Positions 18,443-27,427 of a stretch of 64,000 nt of DNA are shown in pieces (positions within the stretch are counted from its first letter, which is position 1; every line of letters starts with the position of its first letter). The stretch covers positions 2,708,555 through 2,772,554 of the forward strand of contig OY760687.1 in NCBI GenBank assembly GCA_963663945.1, in the 5' to 3' direction. The DNA comes from Dehalococcoidia bacterium (GTDB taxonomy: Bacteria; Chloroflexota; Dehalococcoidia; Lucifugimonadales; UBA3495). Under the pieces are notes generated by a model that saw nothing but the letters and a program-made list of their open reading frames with translations, did not search any database and was not told the origin of the DNA. A program made the translations under genes and the position numbers.

Positions 18443-18662
18443 CCTGCACATCCCCCAGGCGCACCTGCGCCCAGCTTAATAGTAAAGTAACGCCGTGATT
18501 TATGGCAAGGCGGATGCGCGGCGGTGTTCGGCAAATCCATCACGCCAACACCCACCGACGGCAATCCAACGGCGGCAATCCAACGGCGGCGAGGAATATC
18601 AGGAATCCGAACACCTCGGTGTGGGAGTACCTCGGCGACCGACACCTGATGCGTCGGTCTGG

Positions 18663-20519
18663 TCAAATAGTCTGTTTCAGTCGGACCGCGAGCGATCTGG
18701 TCAGGCCGGGCACGGCGGCGATGTCCTCGACGCTGGCGTCCTTGATTCCCTGGAGGGAGCCGAAGCGACGGAGCAACATACGCTTCCGCTTGGGTCCAAT
18801 GCCGGTGACCATGTCGATTGGCGATTTCAGGCTGCTCTTGGAACGCAGGTTGCGGTGGAAGCTGATGGCGAACCGGTGGGCCTCGTCGCGGATGCGCTGC
18901 ATGAGGTACAGCGCCTGGGAATCCCGGGCCAGGACGATGGGTTCAGGAGTGTGCGGAACGAATATCTCCTCATTCTCCTTGGCCAGCGAGCACAGGGGGA
19001 TCTGTTCCAGGCCAAGGTGAAGCATCACCTCCCGAGCCGCCGAGAGGTGACCTTTTCCGCCATCAATGATGACCAGGTCCGGCACAACGCCCCACGTATC
19101 AACCTTGCCGTCAGGATCGGGGTTAGCGATGGCCTGGCTCAGCCGCTTGAACCGGCGGGTCAGCATCTCCTTCATGCTGGCATAGTCGTCCACGCCGTCC
19201 ACTGCCTTGATCTTGAACCGGCGGTAATCCCGGGTGCGTGGTTTGCCGTCGTCGAAGACAACCATGCTGCCCACGAGGTTGCTGCCCTGGATGTGGGAGA
19301 TGTCGTAGCACTCCATGCGTCGCGGAGCCGTGGGCAGGCTGAGTTCCTCCTCCAGCTCGGTCAGCGCGCCCTGGATCGCGTCGGAACGATTCAGCCACTT
19401 GACGCGATGCTGGGCCAGACCCTCCGAGGCGTTGGCAGCGACGACGTCCATCAGCTTTCGGTTCTCCCCGCGCTGGGGACGATAGATGCGAACTGCGCCG
19501 TCCCGGCGGCTGCGCAGAAAGTCCTGCAGTATCTGAGTGTCCTCGGTCGGCGGATCGTGCTGTACCAGGACGACGTGGGGCACTTCCAGGGCGGTGGCAT
19601 AGAACTGCTGGACGAACTGCGCGACGATCTCGCCAGGCTCGTCATCCTGGGGGCCCTCCATGAAGAAATGATCGCGGCCGATCAACTTGCCCCGACGGAT
19701 GAAGAACACCTCGACCCAGGTCTCGTTGGCGGCGACGGAGATGGCGATGGCGTCCAGATCCGTGGAACGGCCGGAATCCACCTTGACGGTACGCTCTTCC
19801 TCAAACTTCTGAATCGCGGCCATCTGGTCGCGAAGGGCGGCGGCGCGTTCGAATTCAAGCTCTTCGGCTGCTGCTTCCATCTTGCCGCGAAGTTGGCCGG
19901 TCACCATCTCCGTGTTCCCTTCCAGGAACAGGATCACCTGTTTGACAACGTCGGCGTACTCCTCCTGGCTGGCCAGGCCGGCGCAGGGCCCGACGCAGCG
20001 GTGGATGTAATATTCCAGGCAGGGTCGCGGATCTGTTCCCGTGATCTTCTTGGTGCAGGAGCGGTAGGGGAACAACTTCTTGACCAGGTCCATTGACTGG
20101 CGGACGCTGCCGGCGCTGGCGAAGGGCCCGAAATACCGCGCGCCATCCTTGTGTACGCCTCGCGTGATGTACACCCGGGGAAAGTCCTCGGACAGGTCTA
20201 CTTTCAGGTAGGGATAGGTCTTGTCGTCCTTGAGACGGACGTTGAAGTAGGGGCGGTGGCGCTTGATGAGGGTGTTTTCCAGTATCAGCGCCTCTGCCTC
20301 GGTGTCGGTGACGATGTACTCGAAGTCGGCCAGTTCGTTGACCATGCGCCGGGTCTTGCGATCCAGGCCTGCCGGGGATCCGAAGTACGACCGAAGGCGG
20401 TTCCGCAGGACCGCAGCCTTACCGACGTATATGACACCGCCGGCGGCGTTCTTCATCAGGTAGACGCCGGGGCGTTCCGGCGTCACCAGCAAGCGATGGT
20501 CGAATTCCTGCCGAACCAC
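18663..20519 (-). CDS. uvrC: excinuclease ABC subunit C
   Basis: GIY-YIG N-terminus (PGVYLMKNAAGGVIYVGKA..LRNRLRSYF), a UVR domain, and C-terminal (HhH)2. Confidence 0.93.
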   Translation of the reverse strand: MVRQEFDHRLLVTPERPGVYLMKNAAGGVIYVGKAAVLRNRLRSYFGSPAGLDRKTRRMVNELADFEYIVTDTEAEALILENTLIKRHRPYFNVRLKDDKTYPYLKVDLSEDFPRVYITRGVHKDGARYFGPFASAGSVRQSMDLVKKLFPYRSCTKKITGTDPRPCLEYYIHRCVGPCAGLASQEEYADVVKQVILFLEGNTEMVTGQLRGKMEAAAEELEFERAAALRDQMAAIQKFEEERTVKVDSGRSTDLDAIAISVAANETWVEVFFIRRGKLIGRDHFFMEGPQDDEPGEIVAQFVQQFYATALEVPHVVLVQHDPPTEDTQILQDFLRSRRDGAVRIYRPQRGENRKLMDVVAANASEGLAQHRVKWLNRSDAIQGALTELEEELSLPTAPRRMECYDISHIQGSNLVGSMVVFDDGKPRTRDYRRFKIKAVDGVDDYASMKEMLTRRFKRLSQAIANPDPDGKVDTWGVVPDLVIIDGGKGHLSAAREVMLHLGLEQIPLCSLAKENEEIFVPHTPEPIVLARDSQALYLMQRIRDEAHRFAISFHRNLRSKSSLKSPIDMVTGIGPKRKRMLLRRFGSLQGIKDASVEDIAAVPGLTRSLAVRLKQTI

Positions 20520-20547
20520 GGTGCGACCCCCGCTTCGTGCTCGGGCG

Positions 20548-20895
20548 CTAGAGCACGAATGAAACTGCTACGAGCACAACCACCAACACGCTGGAAAAAA
20601 TGCCGATGCGCGTCAACTCGGAACCAACATAATTGTACGCGGCGGGGCGCTCAAACCGGCGGCCCCGGGGCGCCGAAGCCGGCCGGCCGGTGGCACTAGC
20701 GGTTTGGGAAGCGGTTGGCGCTTGGGACGTGGCGGTTGCAGTGGCAGACGCGCGGTCCGATTCCGTTGCTACCGGACCGGACGCCACGGGTGGTGCAGCG
20801 GCCGGGTTCCCCACGGGAGCCGGTCGGTTCGCGCCGCCGCGCCGACGACGCAGGTTGTTCTGTCGGGCCGCCACCTTTTTGCCCTTGCTAGGCAT
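20548..20895 (-). CDS. hypothetical tail-anchored membrane protein
   Basis: Basic low-complexity N-terminus and a single C-terminal TM segment (IGIFSSVLVVVLVAVSFVL). Start chosen at MPSKGKK. Confidence 0.4.
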   Translation of the reverse strand: MPSKGKKVAARQNNLRRRRGGANRPAPVGNPAAAPPVASGPVATESDRASATATATSQAPTASQTASATGRPASAPRGRRFERPAAYNYVGSELTRIGIFSSVLVVVLVAVSFVL

Positions 20896-21090
20896 CAGCC
20901 ACCTCCTGGCGCCGCACCCCGGCCACATTTGCCGTCAGTGCGCCATTGATTTTCGTATCACGCGACCCCGCCGCAGCCGGCTGGCTCACGCCTGAGTCCA
21001 TGATACCAGCATAGGCTCAGAACGCGATCAGCGGCAGATCGCAGCTTATGTCAATTATGTGCGTATCGCCCAGGCTACCGGCCGGACTCA

Positions 21091-21687
21091 CTAAACGGAG
21101 ATACCCAGTTCGGCCTGCATATCAGCAACCGCCTGGTTACGGGTCTTGCGCTGCCACTGGGGACGGGCGTTGATGGGCTCGTTTATGACTTCGGGGTCGA
21201 TTTTCAGAGCGACGAACACCGGCCCCGGCTGGCTGAGAATCTCCTCGATCTGGCTGGCAAAGTCTTCCAGGTTGTCTATGGCATAGGTGGACGGGTAGCC
21301 GCAGCCCTGGGCGACCACTTCGTATTCCATCTGCTCGGCGTTGGGCACGGGCTGGCCACCGGTGGTGGCGTACACGCCGTTATCCAGCATGAAATGGTAG
21401 AGATTGGACGGCGCCTTCTCGGCGATGGTGGGCAAAGCGCCCATCCCCATCAGCACGTCGCCTTCGGAGTCGAACAACACAACCCGCTGATCGGGAATGG
21501 CGAGGGCGAGCCCAAGGGCGAAAGAGGCGTGGCCACCCATGGCCGGGTCACCCAGGGGAAGATCCCGATCCGGCTGGTCGCTCATTTCGACCCAGAACCG
21601 GCCGCCCCGACCGGGTATCACCACCGCGTCGCCGCGATGCTTGTTGAAAATGTCCAGCATTTCCGCCGTTTTCATCATGATGGTCAC
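21091..21687 (-). CDS. TPP-dependent decarboxylase beta subunit (ComE / sulfopyruvate- or phosphonopyruvate-decarboxylase-like)
   Basis: TPP-binding region ...FDSEGDVLMGMGALPTI...FMLDNGVYATTGGQ (GD...N motif). Confidence 0.7.
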   Translation of the reverse strand: MTIMMKTAEMLDIFNKHRGDAVVIPGRGGRFWVEMSDQPDRDLPLGDPAMGGHASFALGLALAIPDQRVVLFDSEGDVLMGMGALPTIAEKAPSNLYHFMLDNGVYATTGGQPVPNAEQMEYEVVAQGCGYPSTYAIDNLEDFASQIEEILSQPGPVFVALKIDPEVINEPINARPQWQRKTRNQAVADMQAELGISV

Positions 21688-21706
21688 ATCCGTTTATCTG
21701 TGTTGA

Positions 21707-22216
21707 TCAGCGGCTGACGTTGAAGCCGTGGTACTCGTCGCCAACGAGAACGGCTACGGGGCGTTTCTCCCGCTGCGCCTCGGCGAATGCGATGGATATG
21801 CGGTCGGCGTCCTCGTCGGACTCCACCAGGTAATAGTTGATGTTGAACGCATTCAGAAAGCGTTCGGTGTAGAAGGCGGCGGTGTCGGTGATTACGCCGT
21901 GTCGGGTCCAGCCTCGATACCCGACCATCATCACCACCGGGACGTTCATGCCCAGGCCCCAACCGCGCAGGGAATCACCGGACTCCATCATGCCGGTATT
22001 CTGGATGAGAATGACCGGCTTCTTGCCGCCGGCGGCTAGCCCCGCGGCAGTGGAGAAAGCGTGGCCTTCGCGGCTGACGGGCACAAGGTCTATGCTGGGC
22101 TCCTCGCTCATCAACACGTACAAAAAGTTGGTCTCGCTGTCGGGAAGCCACACCACGTGGGTGGCGCCGTTGTTCTTCAACTCCGCCAAAATGCGGGCGG
22201 GACTCAATTCGGCCAT
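21707..22216 (-). CDS. TPP-dependent decarboxylase alpha subunit (ComD-like)
   Basis: TPP_enzyme_N-like region ILAELKNNGATHVVWLPDSE...REGHAFSTAAGLAAGGKKPVILIQNTG. Start moved to ATG 22216. Confidence 0.7.
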   Translation of the reverse strand: MAELSPARILAELKNNGATHVVWLPDSETNFLYVLMSEEPSIDLVPVSREGHAFSTAAGLAAGGKKPVILIQNTGMMESGDSLRGWGLGMNVPVVMMVGYRGWTRHGVITDTAAFYTERFLNAFNINYYLVESDEDADRISIAFAEAQREKRPVAVLVGDEYHGFNVSR

Positions 22217-22380
22217 GAGTGATACCTGCCTCGAAATGTTTGGGGCAAACGGCAGCGCCGGAATGCCGTCAACTGGTATACCCGGCGCGCTATTTGGCGT
22301 CAACCGGGGGCGCCGGCGACGCTTGATATTGAGATGTTCGGCGTAAGGAATCGACCGGCTGGGTCGACGCCGCCACCCGA

Positions 22381-23304
22381 CTAATCGTCGGCGGCGACGG
22401 CCGGTTCGGCCAGGCGGTTGTCAACGAGTTCCGCGCTGCAGGCGGCGCTATCCAGCAATCCCCAGCGGACCATCCAGTGGTACGTGTCCTCGACGATCTC
22501 GTCGGTGTAGGGGGTGTTGTAGGAGTAACGCAGGCGAGGCAGATGGAAGTCCTCAGGCGTGATGCCGCCGTAACCCGCCGCCACCGCCGCGAACCGGGGT
22601 TCGTCAATGAGATACCGGACGTACTTGCGCTTGTCGGCGTTGATCCGGTCAACCGCCTTGGCGACGGCGCGGTTGATGGCGGAGAACGTTTCCTCGTCCA
22701 TGTTGTCGCTGGCGTTCTCGGCGCCCAGGTAGTGACCCTCGCACACCGGGCGGCAGCCCAGCTTTTCGGCCAGAGTGATCCAGGGCTCCATCAGGGCGGC
22801 GGCCGCGACCTCGCCATTCATTAGCGCCTCGAACCGGAACTGCGGGGAGCCGTAATGGACCAGTTTCATCTTGTCCTCGGGCAGATAACCCGACAGCAGC
22901 CTTATCGCGACGTAGTGGGACCCGGCGTGGAACTGCACGGCAACCGGTTTGTCGCCCAGCGTACCGGGGTAGTAGTGGGGGGAATCCGGATGCACCAGGA
23001 TGGCCTGAGTGGCGACCGCGGAACGGAGGGCGATGATGCGCGCGCCCTGCTTGCTTTCATAGGCCCGACGGACCTGACCTTCCTCTCAAGCTCGGTAGAT
23101 CGACACCTGAGCATCCTCGAAGGCCACGTGGCCGAGGATCGGGTTCACGTGTTCCGGATTCTCCGTGGGCGTCACCTTACCGCTGTTCAATGCGGTGACG
23201 AACTCCATGTCGATGCCCTCGGCTTCGAACAGGCCCTCGTCGCGGGCAACCAGCCAGGGCAGGCTGAACACCACGCCACTGATTTCGCTTACAACCTTTT
23301 TCAT
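22381..23304 (-). CDS. NMT1/THI5/SsuA-like (periplasmic-binding-fold, no signal peptide) protein with one in-frame UGA (candidate Sec, or pseudogene)
   Basis: ORFs 23086..23436 and 22381..22995 are in the same frame and separated only by TGA 23086-23088. The read-through sequence is ...FEDAQVSIYRA-U-EEGQVRRAYESKQGARIIALRSAVATQAILVHPDSPHYYPG... AGGAG precedes ATG 23304, and there is no RBS before the internal GTG. Confidence 0.55.
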
Positions 23305-23565
23305 TGCTAATGCTCCTGAGAGTAAACCGGTAGTGTGCGGAAGTTTAGCAAAGTCGCCGCACAGCGTCCATGCTGGCCCCGGCACATGTGCCTTTGACCC
23401 ATGCAGCGACGCCGCTACGGCCCCAAATCTGGGCATCGCAGCGCTTCACTGCCGATCATTAAACCCGCGGCGTCACGCTTGCCACGAGATGCCCTATGCT
23501 ATACTCGCGCCAAACTGGACAGCCTGTAGATTGGGGCTGGAATCAGCCCTTCAGAGGTGTTTACT

Positions 23566-24756
23566 ATGCAGTGGGCTTCTGCGCTATCTCAACAGAACAG
23601 CCTGCGCGCCGCTCTTTCCGAATGCGCAGCCTCCATACGCGAGAACATGGGCGACACGGCGGCAGACCTCGTGGTGGTTTTCGCGTCATCGGAATACTCT
23701 TCGGACTACGCCAACCTGCCCGAACTGGTGGCCGAACTCCTCGGACACCAGGCCCTGGTGCTGGGTTGCTCCGGCGGTGGGATCATCGGCGGTGGAACCG
23801 AGATTGAACAGGAACCAGCGGTGTCCGTAACCGCGGCCAGCCTGCCCGGAGTTGCCATCCACCCGATCCGCCTGGAAGGAGATGATCTCCCCAGCCTGGA
23901 CGCCGCTCCGGACGATTGGCACCAGGCGATGGGCGTCGACCCCGCCGACCAGCCACAATTCGTCCTGCTTGCCGACCCGATGTCGTTCCCCGCGCAGGAC
24001 CTTCTGCTGGGAATGGACTACGCCTACCCCGCGGCAGCAAAGATCGGGGGCCTGGCCAGCGCGGCACAGGGCGCCCGGCAGAACGGACTGTTCCTGGGCC
24101 GCGACTACCACGACTCGGGAGCGGTCGGCGTGGCGCTCTCGGGAAACATCGTGGTCGAAACGGTGGTTGCCCAGGGGTGCCGGCCCATCGGGTCGCCGAT
24201 GCATATCACCCGCAGCGACCGCAACTTCCTCGTTGAACTGGACGGGCAGCCGCCCATCAACGTGCTCCGCACCCTGTTCCAGGGAGCCGACCAACGTGAC
24301 CGGGACCTGATGCAGAGCTCCCTGTTCCTGGGCGTGGTGATGGACGCGCTGATCGACGAGCCTCAGCAGGGCGATTTCCTGATCCGCAACGTGATGGGGA
24401 TGGACCAGCGAAGCGGCGTGTTGGCCATCGGCGAAATGCTGAAGGAAGGCCAGCTGGTGCAGTTTCACCTGCGGGACGCGGACACCTCGGCCGACGACCT
24501 GTCCGCGGTACTGGAACGATACGCGGTGGACAATCGGGAAAACCCGGCTCACGGGGCGCTGCTGTTTTCGTGCCTCGGAAGGGGCAAGTACCTGTACGGC
24601 CGTTCAAATCACGACACCGAGGTGTTCCACGACAAGGTCGGCGCGGCGGTGCCGTTGGGCGGTTTCTTCTGCAACGGAGAGATCGGACCCGTAAGCGGGA
24701 CCACGTTCCTGCATGGATACACCAGCAGTTTCGGGATTTTCCGCCCGCGCGCGTAG
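23566..24756 (+). CDS. FIST N+C domain protein
   Basis: The layout ...DLVVVFASSEY...LVLGCSGGGIIG... then ...ALLFSCLGRG...GFFCNGEIGP is typical of FIST_N/FIST_C. Confidence 0.75.
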   Translation: MQWASALSQQNSLRAALSECAASIRENMGDTAADLVVVFASSEYSSDYANLPELVAELLGHQALVLGCSGGGIIGGGTEIEQEPAVSVTAASLPGVAIHPIRLEGDDLPSLDAAPDDWHQAMGVDPADQPQFVLLADPMSFPAQDLLLGMDYAYPAAAKIGGLASAAQGARQNGLFLGRDYHDSGAVGVALSGNIVVETVVAQGCRPIGSPMHITRSDRNFLVELDGQPPINVLRTLFQGADQRDRDLMQSSLFLGVVMDALIDEPQQGDFLIRNVMGMDQRSGVLAIGEMLKEGQLVQFHLRDADTSADDLSAVLERYAVDNRENPAHGALLFSCLGRGKYLYGRSNHDTEVFHDKVGAAVPLGGFFCNGEIGPVSGTTFLHGYTSSFGIFRPRA

Positions 24757-24768
24757 GAGATCAGGTCG

Positions 24769-25908
24769 ATGGCGGCAACCGTTAAAGCCGGTATCTCAGC
24801 ATCGCTGACCGGCCAATTCTCCACGCAGGGCCAGCAGGCGTTGGCCGGTCTCAGCGTGTGGGTTGATTACGTTAATCAGCAGGGCGGACTTGCAGTGGGA
24901 GACGCCCAACTTCCAGTCACGCTGGTCAGCTACGACGACGGCAGCACGGCGGACAGTACGCGGCAGGCCACGGAACGGTTGATCACCGATGACAACGTTG
25001 ACCTGTTATTCGGGCCGTATTCCGCGGGTCTGACCACGGCAGCGGCGGAGGTCGCCGAATCCCACGGCCGGGTCATCTGGAACCACGGCGGCGCCGGCGA
25101 CGCGCACTACGCCCGTGGGTTCCACAATGTGATCAGCATCCTGACGCCGGCCGACCAGTACCTGGTAGGCGCGCCCGATTTGGTTCGTCGAGCGAAACCC
25201 GAGGCCAACCGGCTGGTGATACTGCGGATCGACACGGGCGCGTTCGCCAGGCTCGTGGCGAGAGGCGCTGAAACCGCGGCTCACGAACTCGGGTTCACCA
25301 CGGTACTGGATTTGCGTTACCGGCCGACGCAGGTCAATTTCACCGAGATCGCCCGTCACGTGGCCGAACAGGAACCGGACCTTGTGGTCACTGTGGGCCG
25401 CATCCGCCACGACATTGGCACGGCCAGGGCGTTGGCAAGGCTCCCGAACCGGAGCAACATCGGGCTGGCTGCGGTGATCGCGACGCCCATCGCCGGGTTC
25501 CAGGAACTGCTGGGCGAGGCGGCTGACGGATTCGTGGGCCCCAGCCAATGGGAACCGGCCTTCAGCATACCAACGCCGGACGTGGGCCCCGGCGCCGCCG
25601 AGGCGCTGCGGATGCTGAACGACGCGGCCGAGTCTTCCGGCGTGCCTGTCGATTACCCGATGGCGCAAGCCATGGCGGCGGGTCTGGTCGCCGAGCGCTG
25701 CGCGGCTGCGGCGGGTGGCTTGCACGACGATGACCTTCTGAGCGCGGCCGTGGACGCTGACTTCACCACATTCTACGGGCGCTTCAAGATCGACGAATCG
25801 GGCCGGCAAATCGGCCGGTCCGTAGCTCTGGTGCAGCGTCAGAACGGCCGCAAGGTGGTGGTCTGGCCTCCGGAGTTGGCCGAAGGGCAACTGCAGTACC
25901 CCTTCTGA
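24769..25908 (+). CDS. LivJ-like (Peripla_BP_6) ligand-binding protein lacking a signal peptide
   Basis: VKAGISASLTGQFSTQGQQALAGLSVWVDYVNQQGG...LLFGPYSAG matches the family. The N-terminus starts directly in the mature domain. Confidence 0.75.
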   Translation: MAATVKAGISASLTGQFSTQGQQALAGLSVWVDYVNQQGGLAVGDAQLPVTLVSYDDGSTADSTRQATERLITDDNVDLLFGPYSAGLTTAAAEVAESHGRVIWNHGGAGDAHYARGFHNVISILTPADQYLVGAPDLVRRAKPEANRLVILRIDTGAFARLVARGAETAAHELGFTTVLDLRYRPTQVNFTEIARHVAEQEPDLVVTVGRIRHDIGTARALARLPNRSNIGLAAVIATPIAGFQELLGEAADGFVGPSQWEPAFSIPTPDVGPGAAEALRMLNDAAESSGVPVDYPMAQAMAAGLVAERCAAAAGGLHDDDLLSAAVDADFTTFYGRFKIDESGRQIGRSVALVQRQNGRKVVVWPPELAEGQLQYPF

Positions 25909-25917
25909 ATCGATGAA

Positions 25918-25950
25918 GCCGCCGGAACCGTTGGATCCCGGCGGCCTTTT
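25918..25950 (+). terminator. intrinsic terminator
   Basis: GCCGCCGG-loop-CCGGCGGC followed by CTTTTGC. Confidence 0.6.
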
Positions 25951-25970
25951 GCATTAGCTGGGTTCACCGT

Positions 25971-26360
25971 TTAGTCGGGGCGCTGGATGATCTCCAGGCT
26001 GACCTTATCGGGCGCCTCCACGAACATGACCTGGGAACCGGACGGCATGGTCCACGGCTCGCAGATGATGTTGGCCCCATTGGACTTGAACCTCTCGAAG
26101 GCTTCCTGGATGTTGTCAGTCTGGAAGCCGAAATGGTCCAGGCCGAAACGCGGGTGGGTGGACCCGGCCACGGCGTTTTCGCCTTCGGCCTCACCCGAAA
26201 CGGTGAGCAGGGGCTGGCCGTCCAACTCCAGGGTGTGGGAGATCGTGTTTGACAGCGGCCTGGTGGAGACGATCTCAGCGCCGAAGTTGTCGACATAGAA
26301 CTTCGCAGCGTTGTCAGGATCCTCGCTCCGCAGGTGCAGGTGGTTACAAACAAAAGCCAT
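25971..26360 (-). CDS. VOC (glyoxalase/bleomycin-resistance/dioxygenase) family protein
   Basis: NHLHLRSEDPDNAAKFY...GLDHFGFQTDN... pattern. Confidence 0.75.
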   Translation of the reverse strand: MAFVCNHLHLRSEDPDNAAKFYVDNFGAEIVSTRPLSNTISHTLELDGQPLLTVSGEAEGENAVAGSTHPRFGLDHFGFQTDNIQEAFERFKSNGANIICEPWTMPSGSQVMFVEAPDKVSLEIIQRPD

Positions 26361-26411
26361 GATTGGTTTCCTCCTTGAATGGTGGTGACTGAAAGATTGC
26401 CAGCCGACTGA

Positions 26412-27266
26412 TTACCCCAGGTAATCGGCGATTTGCTGGTCGTAATCGTCCTTCCGCGTGACTTGGGAGATCAGTTCCGGCGAGGCGCACTGGTCACGCA
26501 GGTCGCCGGGTGCGATGCCGTCGCGCAGGGCCTTCATAACGTCGTACACGGCCTTAATGGAAGCCTGGAATGAAAGGTGGCCCTGCAGAGCGACGCGCAC
26601 GCCGTTCTGGCCGAGCCACGCCTTGTCGGACAACTCGCCGCCGGCTCCGCCAAGGAGCAGCGGGATGTTCAACTCGGCATTGACGGCTTCGACTTGCGCC
26701 TTGGTGCTGGCTCCGGCCAGGAAGAGGGCATCAACGCCGGCAGCCTCGTAAGCCTTCGCGCGGCGGATGCACTCGTCGAGCCCCTCGCTGATGCTGCTCG
26801 TGCGACCGGCGACCACCAGGTTTGGATCCGTTCGGCCGGAAAGCGCGGCTTTCATCTTGCCGACGCCTTCTTCCAGCGATATGTAGCGAGGACCGTCACC
26901 GAATTGCATCGGGAGCACGGTGTCTTCTATGGTCAACGCCGCAACGCCGGATGCCTCCAGTTCCTCGACCGTACGCTTGACGCTCAGGGCATTGCCGTAG
27001 CCATGGTCGGCGTCGACCATCAGCGGCAGCGTGCCGGCCCGGCATATCCGGTAGATCTGCTGGGCGAACTCGCTGAGGGTCAGGACCACGTAGTCGGGGG
27101 CGCCGAGCACCGTCCCGCTGGCGATGGAGCCGGCGAACATGCCGACCTCGAAGCCCAGGTCCTCGGCGACACGGGCCGAAATCGGGTCAAACACGGAGCC
27201 GGGATGCACGCACACATCCCCGGCCAGAACGGCGCGATACCGCTCCCTTCGCTTGGTGTAATCCAT
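26412..27266 (-). CDS. isocitrate lyase/PEP mutase superfamily enzyme (oxaloacetate-decarboxylase-like)
   Basis: MVDADHGYGNA and LTIEDTVLPMQFG. The EDKxxxxxNS motif of true PEP mutase is absent. Confidence 0.75.
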   Translation of the reverse strand: MDYTKRRERYRAVLAGDVCVHPGSVFDPISARVAEDLGFEVGMFAGSIASGTVLGAPDYVVLTLSEFAQQIYRICRAGTLPLMVDADHGYGNALSVKRTVEELEASGVAALTIEDTVLPMQFGDGPRYISLEEGVGKMKAALSGRTDPNLVVAGRTSSISEGLDECIRRAKAYEAAGVDALFLAGASTKAQVEAVNAELNIPLLLGGAGGELSDKAWLGQNGVRVALQGHLSFQASIKAVYDVMKALRDGIAPGDLRDQCASPELISQVTRKDDYDQQIADYLG

Positions 27267-27427
27267 ACGCTCTTGGCTCCTTTGATTGCTCGAATGAGGG
27301 TGACCGGCGACGGTGTGCTAACATCCGCTCCGTGTATTCTAACCAATTCGTGCGGGGGCGCAACCTGCGTGCCGGGCTCTGCAATGCCGCCAGTACCGTT
27401 CGGCGATAGCACCGCATCAGCGCCACT

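Noticed and set aside
16256-18490. 744-aa + strand ORF, and similar giants: 53581..55617 (+), 45807..47297 (-), 18495..20096 (+), 58615..60027 (+), 5750..7054 (+) and 27080..28225 (-).
   Set aside because: All lie antisense to genes with clear family motifs (ALDH, CoxL, Ldh_2, UvrC, NuoF, ArgH, DUF429). Their translations are Arg/Gly/Pro/His-rich low-complexity strings, typical of shadow ORFs in high-GC DNA.
18561-18588. Perfect tandem duplication of a 14-nt unit (GCAATCCAACGGCG x2) in the intergenic region downstream of uvrC.
   Set aside because: There are only two copies with no further periodicity. It is most likely a slippage duplication without evident function.
21091-27266. Phosphonate biosynthesis cluster (PEP-mutase-family enzyme plus phosphonopyruvate-decarboxylase-like TPP enzyme).
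   Set aside because: The ICL/PEPM-family protein reads IEDTVLPMQFG and lacks the EDKxxxxxNS motif diagnostic of true PEP mutase. The two genes are about 4 kb apart, with unrelated genes in between.
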